Of a stretch of 64,000 nt of DNA, positions 1-24,275 are shown piece by piece. Below the pieces are notes generated by a model. The model was not told where the DNA came from and did no database searches. It saw only the letters and a program-made list of their open reading frames with translations. Each line of letters starts with the position of its first letter. Positions within the stretch are counted from its first letter, which is position 1. The stretch lies in NCBI GenBank assembly GCA_963693365.1, contig CAVNZM010000014.1, forward strand, positions 744,001 through 808,000, in the 5' to 3' direction. A program made the translations under genes and the position numbers. Source of the DNA: Amoebidium appalachense. Taxonomy: Eukaryota; Protista; Ichthyosporea.

Positions 1-1344
1 GTGTGTGTGTGTGTGTGTGTGTGCATGCCGCATGATGCATGTGATTGTGTGTATGTGTGAACGTGAGGAAAAGGAGGGGGGGGGGGGGGGGGGGGGGGGG
101 GGAGGGGGTGCGGAGGGGTGTACTTGTGGGGTTGGTGATGGTTGGAGGTTGGGGGATGGAAGGGGAGGGGAGGGTTAGAACTTGATAATCAGCTAGGAAT
201 AAAAAGAAAATGCTTGAGCACAGTGGCAGGTGGGCAGGTACACGAGCAAAGGAAGACATGGGGGTGGGTGGGTGGGGGGGGGGGGGGGGGGGGGGGGAGG
301 GGGGAGATGGGGGAATGTCATGGATGAGGGAAATGTGACAGAAGGAGATGGGGAGGGAGACGGGACAGGGAGAGAGGAGAGAGTACGGGTGTATGTTGCT
401 GTGTCATTTTATGCTGCAATGCCAGGCACTTGTGGCCCGTGCATGACGGGTCGTCGTCAGAGTTAATGCACGCAAAGGTAAAACAGGGCTAGAAAGAAAA
501 GCAAATGGGGGCTTTAAGGTTTGAAAAAGCCATTATAAAAGAGGTGGGGGAGGCCAAAATGTTTATGTGCTTGCCGCAGGACTCTTGCGGTGAGTATTTG
601 TGGGTGCACATGTTTAGCGGGAGGAGGGTGGGTGGGGAGATATCGAAAGCAGGATAGGAAAATAAGTAATTATTTTGGGGGAGAAGGGGGAAAAAAATGG
701 GGGGGGGGGGGGGGGGAGAGGAGGACAGACGGTAACATGCACGAAGCACTGTGCCGTCTAGTGTTGTGCGTGTGTGTGCGTGTGTGTGTGTTCGCGCGCG
801 TGTGTGTATCTGTATGTGTCTGTTTGTGTCTGTGTGTGGATGTCTGTTTGTGTGTGTGTGTGTGTGTGTGCGCGCGCGCGCGCGTGTGTGTGTGTATCTG
901 TATGTGTCTGTGTGTGTCTCTGTGTGGATGTCTGTTTGTGTGTGTGTGTGTATGTGTCCGTGTGTGTGCTTGTGTGTGCGTGTGCGTGTGTACGTGTGAG
1001 CACGTGTGTTTGTGTGCGTGCGTACGTACGTATGCGTGCGCATGTGTGTGTGTGTGTGCGTATGTGCGTGTGTGCGTGTGTGTGGAAACTTGTGTGTTAT
1101 TATATGTTGCCCATGCGCATGGCTGTGTGTGTGCTCGCTCACACGTACTTTTGCGTGTGGCGGTCTTGTGTGATTGAATATTCTTTGGCGGTTAATTTCT
1201 TTTCTCTGCAGGCAAGAGCACTTTTTCTTTAGGCTTAAGGAAGAAGCAGTCGGCAAAAAAGGCGTCTTCTTTTGTCTCCATGCGAAGTTGGGGAAGGAAA
1301 CCTTTGCTGCTATGACACCCGTTTGTTGGTGGGGAAACGGGGGG

Positions 1345-1381
<37 letters not shown>

Positions 1382-1436
1382 GGGGGGGGGGGGGGGATAG
1401 AGACACGCAAAACCTAATTGGAGCGGGTGCGCTTAC

Positions 1437-1515
1437 GTTTGAGGCCTGACACGGTCAGGCCATTAGTCAGATAGCTCTTGTAGTGGGCACCTAGCCGCTC
1501 AGTCTCGGGCTCCAT
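1437..1515 (-). CDS. Probable first coding exon of an unknown minus-strand gene (MEPETERLGAHYKSYLTNGLTVSGLK); downstream exons not resolved
   Basis: ATG at 1515, open frame to a GTAAGC donor at 1436, CCAAT-containing sequence upstream (~1815). The region is duplicated at 2216-2328. Confidence 0.4.
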
Positions 1516-2521
1516 GGTGACGACCCACGTGCCCGCGTGCCCTCTACCCTCTGGTCACGCAGAGAAAGCTGGTTAGCGAGAAAAGCTCATCATTCGACCT
1601 ACCTAAGTAAGAGCAAAAGGTTGTGGTACTACTTAAGAGGCTCTACAGAAACCAAGGAGAGTTGGGGTCATGTTCATGGGTTGAAGTTTGAAGTCAGGAG
1701 CACAGCACACTGTACAGCCTCCGAGACAGCACAGTGTACATAGGCGGGCGGTGGGAGGCAGTGCCGCAGCGGCTCAAGCAGCCGCGCCAAAAAAGCTTAT
1801 TGATGGCTTAGCTGACCAATGAGATGCCTGTCTCGCATATTCCAAAAAAAATGGCGCGAAAAAAAAAAAACAAGGCCAGAAAACTTTCACAGAACACCTT
1901 AGTAACTGTGTGTGTGTGTGTGCGTGTGTGTGTGTGTGGGCGCGCGTGCTTGTGTGCGTCTTTGAATGAGTGTATGTGTGTCTGTGCGTGTGTGTGTGTG
2001 CGCGTGCGCGTGTTTGAGGGCAGGCAAGCATGTGTGTGTGTATAGCGCGTCCACAGGAACGCAAAAGTGTTGGCTGAGCGTGTTGCTATGTGTCTATTCA
2101 AATAAATTTGACCTTACAAAAAAAGAAATCGTGCCACATGGGGATGTGTGCGGTGCCCAGAGTGTTTGGGTATTCGGTGTCTTTCGGTGGGGTCGCCTAA
2201 TATAGGTTTAGGGCGGATAGCTCTTGTAGAGGGCACCTAGCCGCTCATATTCGGGCTCCATGGTGACGCTCTGTGTACTTGGGGTGCCCGGGTACCCTAT
2301 ACCTTTCGGTTACGCAGAGAAAGTTGGGCCAGGGAATGTTCATGTTTTGTTCCTACTCGTGCGTACTTTCAACAAATTCAACAAAAGTGGGCAGCAGCAT
2401 GGCAGCATCAGGCAGCACTGCCACGGCCCTCTCGGAACACGGGCCGTAGCAGTGCGTTCGGCCTGCTCCTGCGGACCGCGGCTTTGGTCTAGACCAATGA
2501 AATGCCTGCCTCGCACATACC
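1470..2521. repeat. Diverged tandem duplication (~700-750 bp period) of promoter plus first exon
   Basis: 1470-1572 resembles 2216-2328 (gatagctcttgtag.gggcacctagccgctca...gcagagaaag). 1814-1843 resembles 2492-2521 (gaccaatga.atgcctg.ctcgca.at). Confidence 0.8.
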
Positions 2522-2606
2522 GCAACAATATTCTTGGCCCGAAAAAAGGCTAATAGTGATCCAGGGTTCGACGGACGTCGACGTCGACGAGGCGCTGCTG
2601 AGTCCA

Positions 2607-2685
<79 letters not shown>

Positions 2686-2992
2686 ATTTTTTTTTTTCCT
2701 TTTTTTTTTTTTTTTTTTTTTGAGGGGGGGGGGGGGGGGGGATAGGCTGCATTCTGAAGAGATCTCAAGCACGTGATCACCTTAGACAAGCAGAGTTGCT
2801 GATGTGAACATGAACGATGGATTCTGTGTGTGGGAAAGGGAAATGCATGTGTTTACAGGTGCAAGATAGAGAGCAATCATGCTTGGTTGCCCGGAAGCAC
2901 AATTCTTCTAATAGTCTTTTTGGTTCACAGTTCACACGATGTTTCTTTTTCATTTTTTCTATCGCATCAAAGGGAAGGCCGAGGGGGGTCGC

Positions 2993-3050
<58 letters not shown>

Positions 3051-3067
3051 ATGTGTTTTCTTTCTTT

Positions 3068-3098
<31 letters not shown>

Positions 3099-3557
3099 GG
3101 GAAGGTAACAGTGCAAGGATGTCGTGGCGGCCAGATTTGATGTGCTTTTTAGGTGAACATTCTCATTGGTTACTGATGATCATGAAGTATGACGTCACAG
3201 CCCTAGCAATTCATCAAGTAGGTTTGCTGCAATAACTTGGTATATCTATCCGGGTAAACACCATCCTATCTTAAGCACTAAACTCGGATGATATGCGTAT
3301 GCAAGCACATGCCCAAATGCAGTCAGCGTGGTCTATGTCACCAGCACACTACCTGGTAAATGCATACACTACCAAAACATCTATTTTATAAAATGTCTGC
3401 TCAATAAATGTGTGTGTATTTAAGTATCATGTCATTATATATACACATATTCAGTACACCTAACATCGGACATGTACATATACATTGCATTCAGAACCTA
3501 ATTGTAAATCACCCCGTACGCAACTACAATAGAAACATCACTACAACACAACTATCA

Positions 3558-8201
<4,644 letters not shown>

Positions 8202-8869
8202 GGTGAGAGCGAGGGAATGTGCGGGGCCTGAGGACGATCTTTGTTAGTGCAACTGTGTTGAAATTTACCGGCTCCACTTCTCCCTTCCCCCCCCCCCCCC
8301 CTTCCCCCCTCCTACCCCTCCCCCCCCCCCCCATCTTCCCTGCCGGTCCCCTTTTCCACCCCCTTCCCTCTTTCCCCCCTCCCCCTGCCCCCCCACCCAC
8401 CCTCCCTCCCCCCTTCTCTCCCTCTTCCATTCTCGACGTCCAAGACTGTGATATCTCAAAGACCCACCCCGCATCCTTTTCTCATCATACCAGTGACGCG
8501 ACAGATAATGCACGTTTTTTCCCCCTCCCCCTCCCTCCGCCTATCCTCCCCGTCTAGTACACGGGGTCCACACAACCATGCAAACTGTCCCCATAAGACA
8601 CATCCCCATTATTATCACAGGCAACCACATTGCCTGAAACACAGATCAATATATGCATGCATGTGAGTGACTTTCGCAACAGCCTCCCATGCTTACATAG
8701 CACATAGCCGCAAGCATGGGTTGCTAACCTTGAGGGTTGCGGAGAAAGAAAGCAGGGATTTCTTAGGAAGAAGCCTTGGCAAATCGTGCCTCTTGCTGCC
8801 CGCCTAAATCTCGATTTGGTAAATTCCAGTGAGCCTACCGTAGTCTCATTTGAGTGACTCGAAAATCGT

Positions 8870-8949
8870 CTCTCGAGATATCTGGGATATCTCTTTTTCG
8901 TGTCCTTCGAACATATGAGCACATCAATAAAGTCATTATATAAAAAAAA
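8870..8949 (+). mobile_element. 3' end of a poly(A)-tailed family-C-like non-LTR element; 5' extent uncertain, possibly to ~8665
   Basis: GAGATATC-nnn-GATATCTC hairpin, TGAGCA.ATCAATAAAGTCATTAT and an A-run match the 3' end of the family C copy at 11177-11247. Confidence 0.7.
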
Positions 8950-8986
8950 GTGTAGTATCTGTTCTTATCAGCTTAATATTTGATAT

Positions 8987-9885
8987 TGAAGCAGAAGTTG
9001 CCTCCTTTCTATCTAACAACTGTTGTAAACCTGGGCCTGTAACGCTCTCGATATATGGTCTGGTCCCAATAGCTGCTAGAGTATCCCACCGCGCGCTGAA
9101 TCCTCCCCGGGCACAAATACAAATAAACCCCGCAAACGTGTGCGTGTGACTTTGGACTGCCACTTACTTATTAAACATGTTGGGGGCGGTTTACTCGCGG
9201 CTGCATATCTATCAATAAATGCAACCTGTTAGCTAATGTATTAGAACCGGAGGTTATTGGCGGTTTTATTCTCTTTTCTTCCTCTCTTCCTCAATATATC
9301 CGTTTTAAGATGATTATCCTAGATCACCTTATTAATGCTGCACAGTATGATATTGTGATCCGGTGCCTTAACTTTCTTTCGGAGCTACCGATGCTAGCAT
9401 CTGCTTACCCATAATATGTAATAGGGGTGTCAGATACTACGATGGCGCTCATTGTTGCCTAGCATGTACATATGTCACTGGCTGCATTTGATTGGCTGTG
9501 CTGGAAAACGCAGTAGGCCGTCGAATGTGGCTGGGCCTCCGGTAATGTCCACGCAATAAAAAGTGTGTAAACCCCTTAAACATGTACACAATCACAAGAT
9601 AATCACGCAATATAACAAATGGAAAAAGATACCACACGACACTAGACCCCCGATGAAAGCAGACACCTTGAAAAACCAAGCCTTATGCCTCGTTTTATAT
9701 GTAATGACCGTCTTAACCATATTACCAAATATGGCACTCGCAAATGTATAACACCTAAATACATATTACTTTCCTGTAGAACTGGTCTTTCTCTAGCTGA
9801 TGGTATTATTGATCAATTACCACGCTTTTACTGTACACGTGCTATACAGTGGAGATTTAATAAGTATAAGGTGGCATCGTTCTAG

Positions 9886-9948
<63 letters not shown>

Positions 9949-10203
9949 CCAGCTGATACCGAGTGTCCCAGGGGAGCCCCCTCCCCCAAAAAAAAAAACA
10001 AAAAAAAAAACGGGGAACCCCAACTAATTGATTTTTCTTAGTCTTTATGGTGTCTCGTAGAGAAAGTAAACCCTGATATATAGTCATCACCCGACATCTA
10101 TGTACGTGATCATGACATACCGCTGAGGGGATATTCCGAGCAAAACCCCCCCATACCTGAGACTGGTCTCTCTTTGCCTCGAGTAAACATCGTAAACCCC
10201 CCC
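8987..10203 (+). mobile_element. 5'-truncated, diverged copy of non-LTR family A inserted in U2
   Basis: Matches 25852-27091 with internal deletions and ends CGTAAACCCCCCC. Flanked by the 10-bp TSD TATTTGATAT (8977-8986 / 10204-10213). Confidence 0.93.
9181..9575 (+). mobile_element. 5'-truncated non-LTR family B copy nested in family A
   Basis: TSD TTAAACATGT (9171-9180 / 9576-9585). Translates FTRGCISINKCNLL...ILDHLINAAQYDIVIRCLNFL, homologous to the family A RT C-terminus (FNRSCIAKCSLI...ILDFILNTRNYDLFIRCIDWL). Ends GTGTAAACCCC. Confidence 0.9.
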
Positions 10204-10347
10204 TATTTGATATGGGATCTACGGATCCCAATCAAAATTAAACTTATTTTTGTGCCCGGGTCATATGTTCTGAGCTTGCTCAAACTATGACCGGTACCGC
10301 ACGTGGCCCTGGTATCGCACTACCTCCAGGGCTTTTCAACAGCGCAC

Positions 10348-11247
10348 GGCCGCGTCGGGAATTTGATTCCTTTCAGCGTGAATTCGTCCAGTTTATTTCT
10401 CGAACCTCGCGTAGGCATCCTTTGGCGGCTCCCTTGCTGAGTGTTTTTGGTCTCCCTCCGGCGCGCCAGCGTATGAATGAATTAGGACTTCGCTTTTGTT
10501 TCCGTTTGGTTAGGCTTCCTTCTTACATCCTTTGTTGCAATTCTTTCCTTCTTTAGCACCTGTTCCCGGCATTTCTAATGTTCATGCAAAATGTCATATC
10601 CCCAATCTCTCTCCCATTCCGAGATATCCTTTCAAATACTTATCTCCTTTATTTTTCTCTTCTACTAGTTATCAGCAGTATGTTACTTGGTTTCATACTC
10701 AATATCCTTTGCTTCATCGTTGTGATAAAGAGTATCATGGTAGGGCTCTTGAGCCTGTGCTTCTTTTTATATTAGAGACTCGTCTATTTTCTTTACAATC
10801 GTTGTGTAAATTAGCTACTTATATTTATCCTTCCTCTCGTAAACCTACCACACTTACCGATTTTGCAATTCTAACCCCTCCTTGTGATATAGCTTGGAAA
10901 TGTTTATTTTGGCGCTGTAACCTTTGTTTCCGCAAATGTTTGTGCCCCTTTTGTGCAGAACCTTTTTCTCGTAAACACTTCGATAGATGTATTTATTTAT
11001 CTCAGATTATTTCGTTAGAAAGTAGAAGACCGTGGCTTATTTAGATAATCCTGATATTACGTCTATTGACTATCTGTTGAACCACGGTATGTTTAACGAG
11101 TTTTCTAGGGTATATGATTATTTAAGTCGTTATCTCCTCTGTATCCGAGAGTGAGGGCTTTTATATTTTATTCTCCGAGATATCGGTGATATCTCGATGG
11201 CTTCTATTTTGCTGAGCATATCAATAAAGTCATTATTAAAAAAAAAA
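10348..11247 (+). mobile_element. 5'-truncated degenerate non-LTR family C copy (RT C-terminal region, 3' UTR, poly(A))
   Basis: Frameshifted translation LLSVFGLPPARQRMNELGLRF...LFWRCN..CLCPFCAEPFSRKHFDRC...SIDYLLNHGMFNEF is homologous to the family A ORF C-terminus. AATAAA at 11223, A-run at 11238-11247. Confidence 0.8.
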
Positions 11248-11279
11248 GTAATTACAAAGCGCATGTCATTGGCTGATAG

Positions 11280-11314
<35 letters not shown>

Positions 11315-11580
11315 AGCCCCGGCAGACCTGCCCCCCTCCCCCCCCCCCGCACCCCACCCATCACCCCACTCCACACCACCACCAAAACCAGCACCAACAC
11401 CACCATCTCCCCCACCCCCCTCACCCCTCTCGACCCGGCCGGATCCGGAGGGTCCCACCGCACTGGCACTTGCAAATTTAAACAACCATGCACCACCACC
11501 ATTCCCCCCCTCCCCCCCACCCTATAACGGTTGTCTCTTGAAGTTGTAATTAATTAAGTACACCGGCAAGTCTGCAAATG

Positions 11581-11616
<36 letters not shown>

Positions 11617-11871
11617 CCCCGCACTCCCCCGGGCCCCCCCGAATTCCCCGGCCCTTCCGCCGGCCGGTTGCTGGTCGCCCAAATTTCCACCCTCTGAGTC
11701 CCAATATCCCGAATTCGAACCAAACCCTCTATTAGCTAATTAACGTATACAAACACACCGTACCGTGACACACGCGTGCACATACATGTGCACACAGACA
11801 CACATATGCATGCATGCACATGAACACGTCACAGGACGTGCTGTACGTATACGACGGTACGTATACCAAGG

Positions 11872-11937
<66 letters not shown>

Positions 11938-12589
11938 TCCACACGTTTCTGCCCTGTAGCTACGTCCGGTGCCGGTTTGGCCCGTTTCCCTTTTCTGCAT
12001 GTTGGACATCCGTGCCACCTGTACAGCTGCTTGAGCGGACACGGTCTTGGCAAATGGAAGCTGCAGCTGTCAACGTGAACATGGTTTATTTTGAGGAATT
12101 CAAACCAACTTTGAGGGATTAGTGAGATGCGGGTTTACGCACTAAGCCAGAAGACCATTATCATAGTACCTAAGGGCATGTGTTGAAGATAATTATGAAG
12201 GTAGAAGAACAAAGAATGTAAATTAAACTAAATTAAATTATATCATGAACTAAGATTTGGTAACCCACAGTACTTTACTGAGTATCAACCCTACAACGGT
12301 GCACACAGTGAAGATGTACTAAACCTTGCACTCAGTGGTAATACTATTCGTGCAATCAATGAATTGGCCCGTGCATACAACACCTTTACATGTTGGCCCC
12401 AGATAATAGTCTCTATAGGCTAGCATAGTGTGTGTGTTATGTGACTTGTGTGACTGTGAGTGTATGTGAGCATGTGGTTGCCCGACGTCGTGTGGAGTGC
12501 ATCATACGTTATGTTTGTACACGTCGCTCTGTGTGTATGTCACGGAAAAGGTGTGTGCGCATGTGTGTTCATGTGTGTATATATACGCC

Positions 12590-12663
<74 letters not shown>

Positions 12664-12828
12664 GTGTAAGTGTTGTGTAAGCACACAAGCACCACAGTAT
12701 GTGATCGCACATTCGTGCATGCTTGTCTTTTTGAATCTGGAAAACGGACGAGGGCAGATGACTGCAAATTTTCATCCATGATTGTACGCAAGTCTAGGCT
12801 TGTGTCACGTGTGTACGAGCACTGCGTT

Positions 12829-12883
<55 letters not shown>

Positions 12884-12923
12884 TATGTTTATGTGTGTGT
12901 TTATGTGTGTGTTATTTACATTA

Positions 12924-21569
<8,646 letters not shown>

Positions 21570-22165
21570 AGCTAGCAGCCCATCATAACACGGGGTTGGA
21601 GAAAGAGAGGGCTAGTGGGGGAACATTATCAGGCAAACGGAGGGAGTATTACCTACAACGGTCTAACACTGCTAGTCACTATGATAGGCGTATCTTTTGG
21701 AATAACTCTATGTATCAAGCCTAGAACAGCGTATTAACTTACGAATTCACACAGCAATAACAAACGTTTGGCCGGCAGCGGCAACGGGCCCGGACCTTTT
21801 CATGTTGCCCAGGACATGTTGCCGAACAGCAACAGGACTCAGTGCTGATCTAGGGAGCCATGGCGACAAAACTGCGACAGTATTATGTAGCCTGGGTACC
21901 CACATGCAATGCAAAAAATAGCCAGAAAATGTATCTGGAAGCTAATTATGTATTTATGATTTCATTTTACTACTAATATTGGCTTTTATATTCATATAAC
22001 CGTGTGGCGCGTGGCTAATATGCTACTCCGGCCGAGGACGGTGCCGGTGATCCGCCGGAGCCATCCGCCGGCCGGCCGGCTCTCGGAGCCTATGCGAAGG
22101 GCGATTCTGATTGGCAAATGACGCACCAGTGATCTAGGGGGAATGGTAGCCATGGTCGCCCGATT

Positions 22166-22272
22166 GGGGTTTATGCACTTTGTGTTGCTGCGGACATCGT
22201 CGTTACTTGACGGACTACTGCGCTTCCAGCGCAGCCAATCAAATGCAGCTAGCGACTTATGTCCACCCCTAA
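22166..22272 (-). mobile_element. Inverted segment homologous to the family B 3' UTR, directly upstream of family A ORF1; carries a CCAAT box facing ORF1
   Basis: The reverse complement gacataagtcgctagctgcatttgattggctgcgctggaagcgcagtag...aaagtgcataaacccc aligns to 9466-9575 (acatatgtcactggctgcatttgattggctgtgctggaaaacgcagtag...aaagtgtgtaaacccc). Confidence 0.8.
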
Positions 22273-22321
22273 ACCAGGCCATCCGTGGCCCTAAGGGCCG
22301 GGTAACACCCCCATCCATGTC

Positions 22322-23506
22322 ATGGCACATGCCTATAATCGTTTCAGAACCTCTTTCAAAGTTCCATCTACACCCATCACACATGTGCGACCATTAAAAC
22401 GTCCAGCAGATACACCTACCACAGATGCACAACCAGAAAAACATCGCCTTAGACTAAGCGCAACACCTATTTACAATACACTACCCATTCAGAATAACAC
22501 CACACCACTCCGTAGAAACACAATAACAACCATGCCGAAACTTTCGGTTGATACAGTACTGGCAGAACTTGCCCTCGTTAAGAAACAGCTAAATGAGCTG
22601 TTACCACTCAAGAACATGATAGAAAAACTCCAAACAGAAAATACCCAACTCAAGCTCACCATTGATTCACTCACAGCCCAGCTAAACATTAGTGGATCGC
22701 AAAACCCCAAAACTCATGAGCAAACATCTCGCGACGGAGACATTTCCACCCCAACACAAAACAACACAGGACCGGAAGCACAGCTCCCGGCAGAGTTCCT
22801 AGAATATGCGAACTCTCGTAAAACACCCGAGCTCCGCCAAATTGCCAAGGAAACATATGCCAGCATTCTTGCAGGCAACGAGTACCGCCGCAACTCCCCT
22901 CCCAAACCGCCGGCTAAGGGGAACACCCAAGCAAACGGTAACATCAACATCCCACCCAAATACGAGAGGGTGTATTTCAAAGTCAAGCACGGCAGACGCC
23001 CACACAGGGCCATGTGGTCCATCTTCAAGGCTCTCGGCTTCCGGTGCTCTCGCATCCTTTGTCTGTCCTTCATTGGATACGATGTGCTGGAAGTAGCAGT
23101 ACGGGGCGACTATAACCGTGCGTTCATCCGTGACGCGACAAAGGGGTGTGGAAGCTTCTTCACCCACCTCCCAAGCTACGACCCATGCGCGCCGGAAAAC
23201 ATTCAGAAAGCAGACAAAGAACGTAAAGTGTCTGCTAAGAATGCGTGCGCCACACGTTGTCGTGTACGCATCAGCAAGGCAAAAGAGTTCCTCGCAAAGT
23301 TGGAAAACGATGCTACGAGCGTGATAGACACGGACACGAAGGAACCAATGTTTTCTGGTGAGAAACTGCTCGAGCGCAAACGTCGATGCGAGATGGAAAT
23401 CGAGCTCTTCTGCGAACTGTTCGCGCTGGCGGAAGGTCGTGCATACGACCCCGTAAGCGACAAGTGGGAACCAACCCCACAGGTGTCGGACCAAACCGAT
23501 GCCTAA
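22322..23506 (+). CDS. Family A ORF1 (coiled coil plus putative RNA-binding domain), 394 aa
   Basis: Heptad repeat LAELALVKKQLNELLPLKNMIEKLQTENTQLKLTIDSL, then an alpha/beta segment YERVYFKV...ALGFRCSRILCLSFIGYDVLEVAVRGDY. Lies upstream of EN and RT. Confidence 0.85.
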   Translation: MAHAYNRFRTSFKVPSTPITHVRPLKRPADTPTTDAQPEKHRLRLSATPIYNTLPIQNNTTPLRRNTITTMPKLSVDTVLAELALVKKQLNELLPLKNMIEKLQTENTQLKLTIDSLTAQLNISGSQNPKTHEQTSRDGDISTPTQNNTGPEAQLPAEFLEYANSRKTPELRQIAKETYASILAGNEYRRNSPPKPPAKGNTQANGNINIPPKYERVYFKVKHGRRPHRAMWSIFKALGFRCSRILCLSFIGYDVLEVAVRGDYNRAFIRDATKGCGSFFTHLPSYDPCAPENIQKADKERKVSAKNACATRCRVRISKAKEFLAKLENDATSVIDTDTKEPMFSGEKLLERKRRCEMEIELFCELFALAEGRAYDPVSDKWEPTPQVSDQTDA

Positions 23507-24275
23507 TTTATCCTTCTTCTTCTGGAATGCTCGGACACTGGGCCCCCAAAAGGGCCTCCCCCCCGGGACACTCGACGATAAAATCAGCTACATACAACAA
23601 CAGACAAACAACCACACGTTTACAGTGATTTGCGAAACACAGTTTAAAAACCACCACAAATTCAACTCTACATTGGTCGACACATCCACACACCCCGGTT
23701 ACGCGAAAAACCGAGGCATTATTGTACTTGCCGCACCACACGTGAGAGTGAAGTGCAAACCGGTAGCAAAAACGGAATTCTCGGTTTCTATAGAGTTTCT
23801 TTCTAATGTTTTTACTTTTGTATATTACCCACCATCTATGTCGGTTGTCGAATTGACTCACGAGTTGTCACAGTTACCAATGTCCACTGTTATTTTAGGT
23901 GATTTTAACACGCGACTCCACCACACAGACACACTGCAAGTGAGTGTCGGGTACCCATCTAAGCCCCCGGAGCGTGCTATCCCTTTAGCAAGGTATGTCC
24001 AAAGTCACACTTTGCGGTTCCCTCAAATATCCCATGCCCACAACACCGACTGGGGAGTGGCCTTTTGGCCATCAACCATGTCAAAACTCTCTCTCCCTCC
24101 TAACCTCTCTAGGTCATCTGACCACTCTCCTATCCTTTTCCTACCTAAGATCTCCCTTGATCTGCTCCCCCCTCCCCCTCCCACCTTTCGCCTCCGTCTA
24201 TCCCAGCTTAAGTCACAGTGGGGTAGAGTTGATGTATGTGTATGCTATGCTACGAAACACCCTATCGCCTATTAG
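23499..24275 (+). CDS. Family A apurinic-like (APE/EEP) endonuclease ORF, 258 aa
   Basis: Motifs WNARTL, ICETQ, VYYPP, ILGDFNTR and SSDHSPI. The ATG overlaps the ORF1 stop (ATGCCTAA). Confidence 0.9.
   Translation: MPNLSFFFWNARTLGPQKGLPPGTLDDKISYIQQQTNNHTFTVICETQFKNHHKFNSTLVDTSTHPGYAKNRGIIVLAAPHVRVKCKPVAKTEFSVSIEFLSNVFTFVYYPPSMSVVELTHELSQLPMSTVILGDFNTRLHHTDTLQVSVGYPSKPPERAIPLARYVQSHTLRFPQISHAHNTDWGVAFWPSTMSKLSLPPNLSRSSDHSPILFLPKISLDLLPPPPPTFRLRLSQLKSQWGRVDVCVCYATKHPIAY

Larger units (their letters stand above)
8948..10347 (+). ncRNA. U2: Interrupted U2 snRNA copy (pieces 8948-8986 and 10204-~10347); first ~28 nt missing, likely a pseudogene
   Basis: AAGTGTAGTATCTGTTCTTATCAGCTTAATATTTGATA (branch-point recognition plus stem IIa). 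After the insertion: GGGATC-TACG-GATCCC (IIb), Sm site ATTTTTG at 10246-10252, GAGCTTGCTC (III) and CCTGGTATCGCACTACCTCCAGG (IV). Confidence 0.92.

Noticed and set aside
8630-8649. Missing U2 5' end (TTGCC...AGATCAA)
   Set aside because: Stem I cannot form and the spacing is wrong, so the match is too weak.
10204-10347. Start of ORF 10287-10556 as RT-derived coding sequence
   Set aside because: This part is U2 snRNA (stems IIb-IV). Retroelement homology begins only at ~10348.
22266-22276. Telomere-like CCCCTAAACC and the TAAACCC element ends
   Set aside because: These are single units with no tandem array, and the first is explained by the inverted family B segment.
22020-22320. HDV-like ribozyme at the LINE 5' end (GCC-ATCCG..-GGC loops, GGGTAAC)
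   Set aside because: I could not build a consistent P1/P1.1/P2/P3 nesting. The complements form simple hairpins (GGCCC-TAA-GGGCC, GGGT-AAC-ACCC). A descriptor search would settle it.
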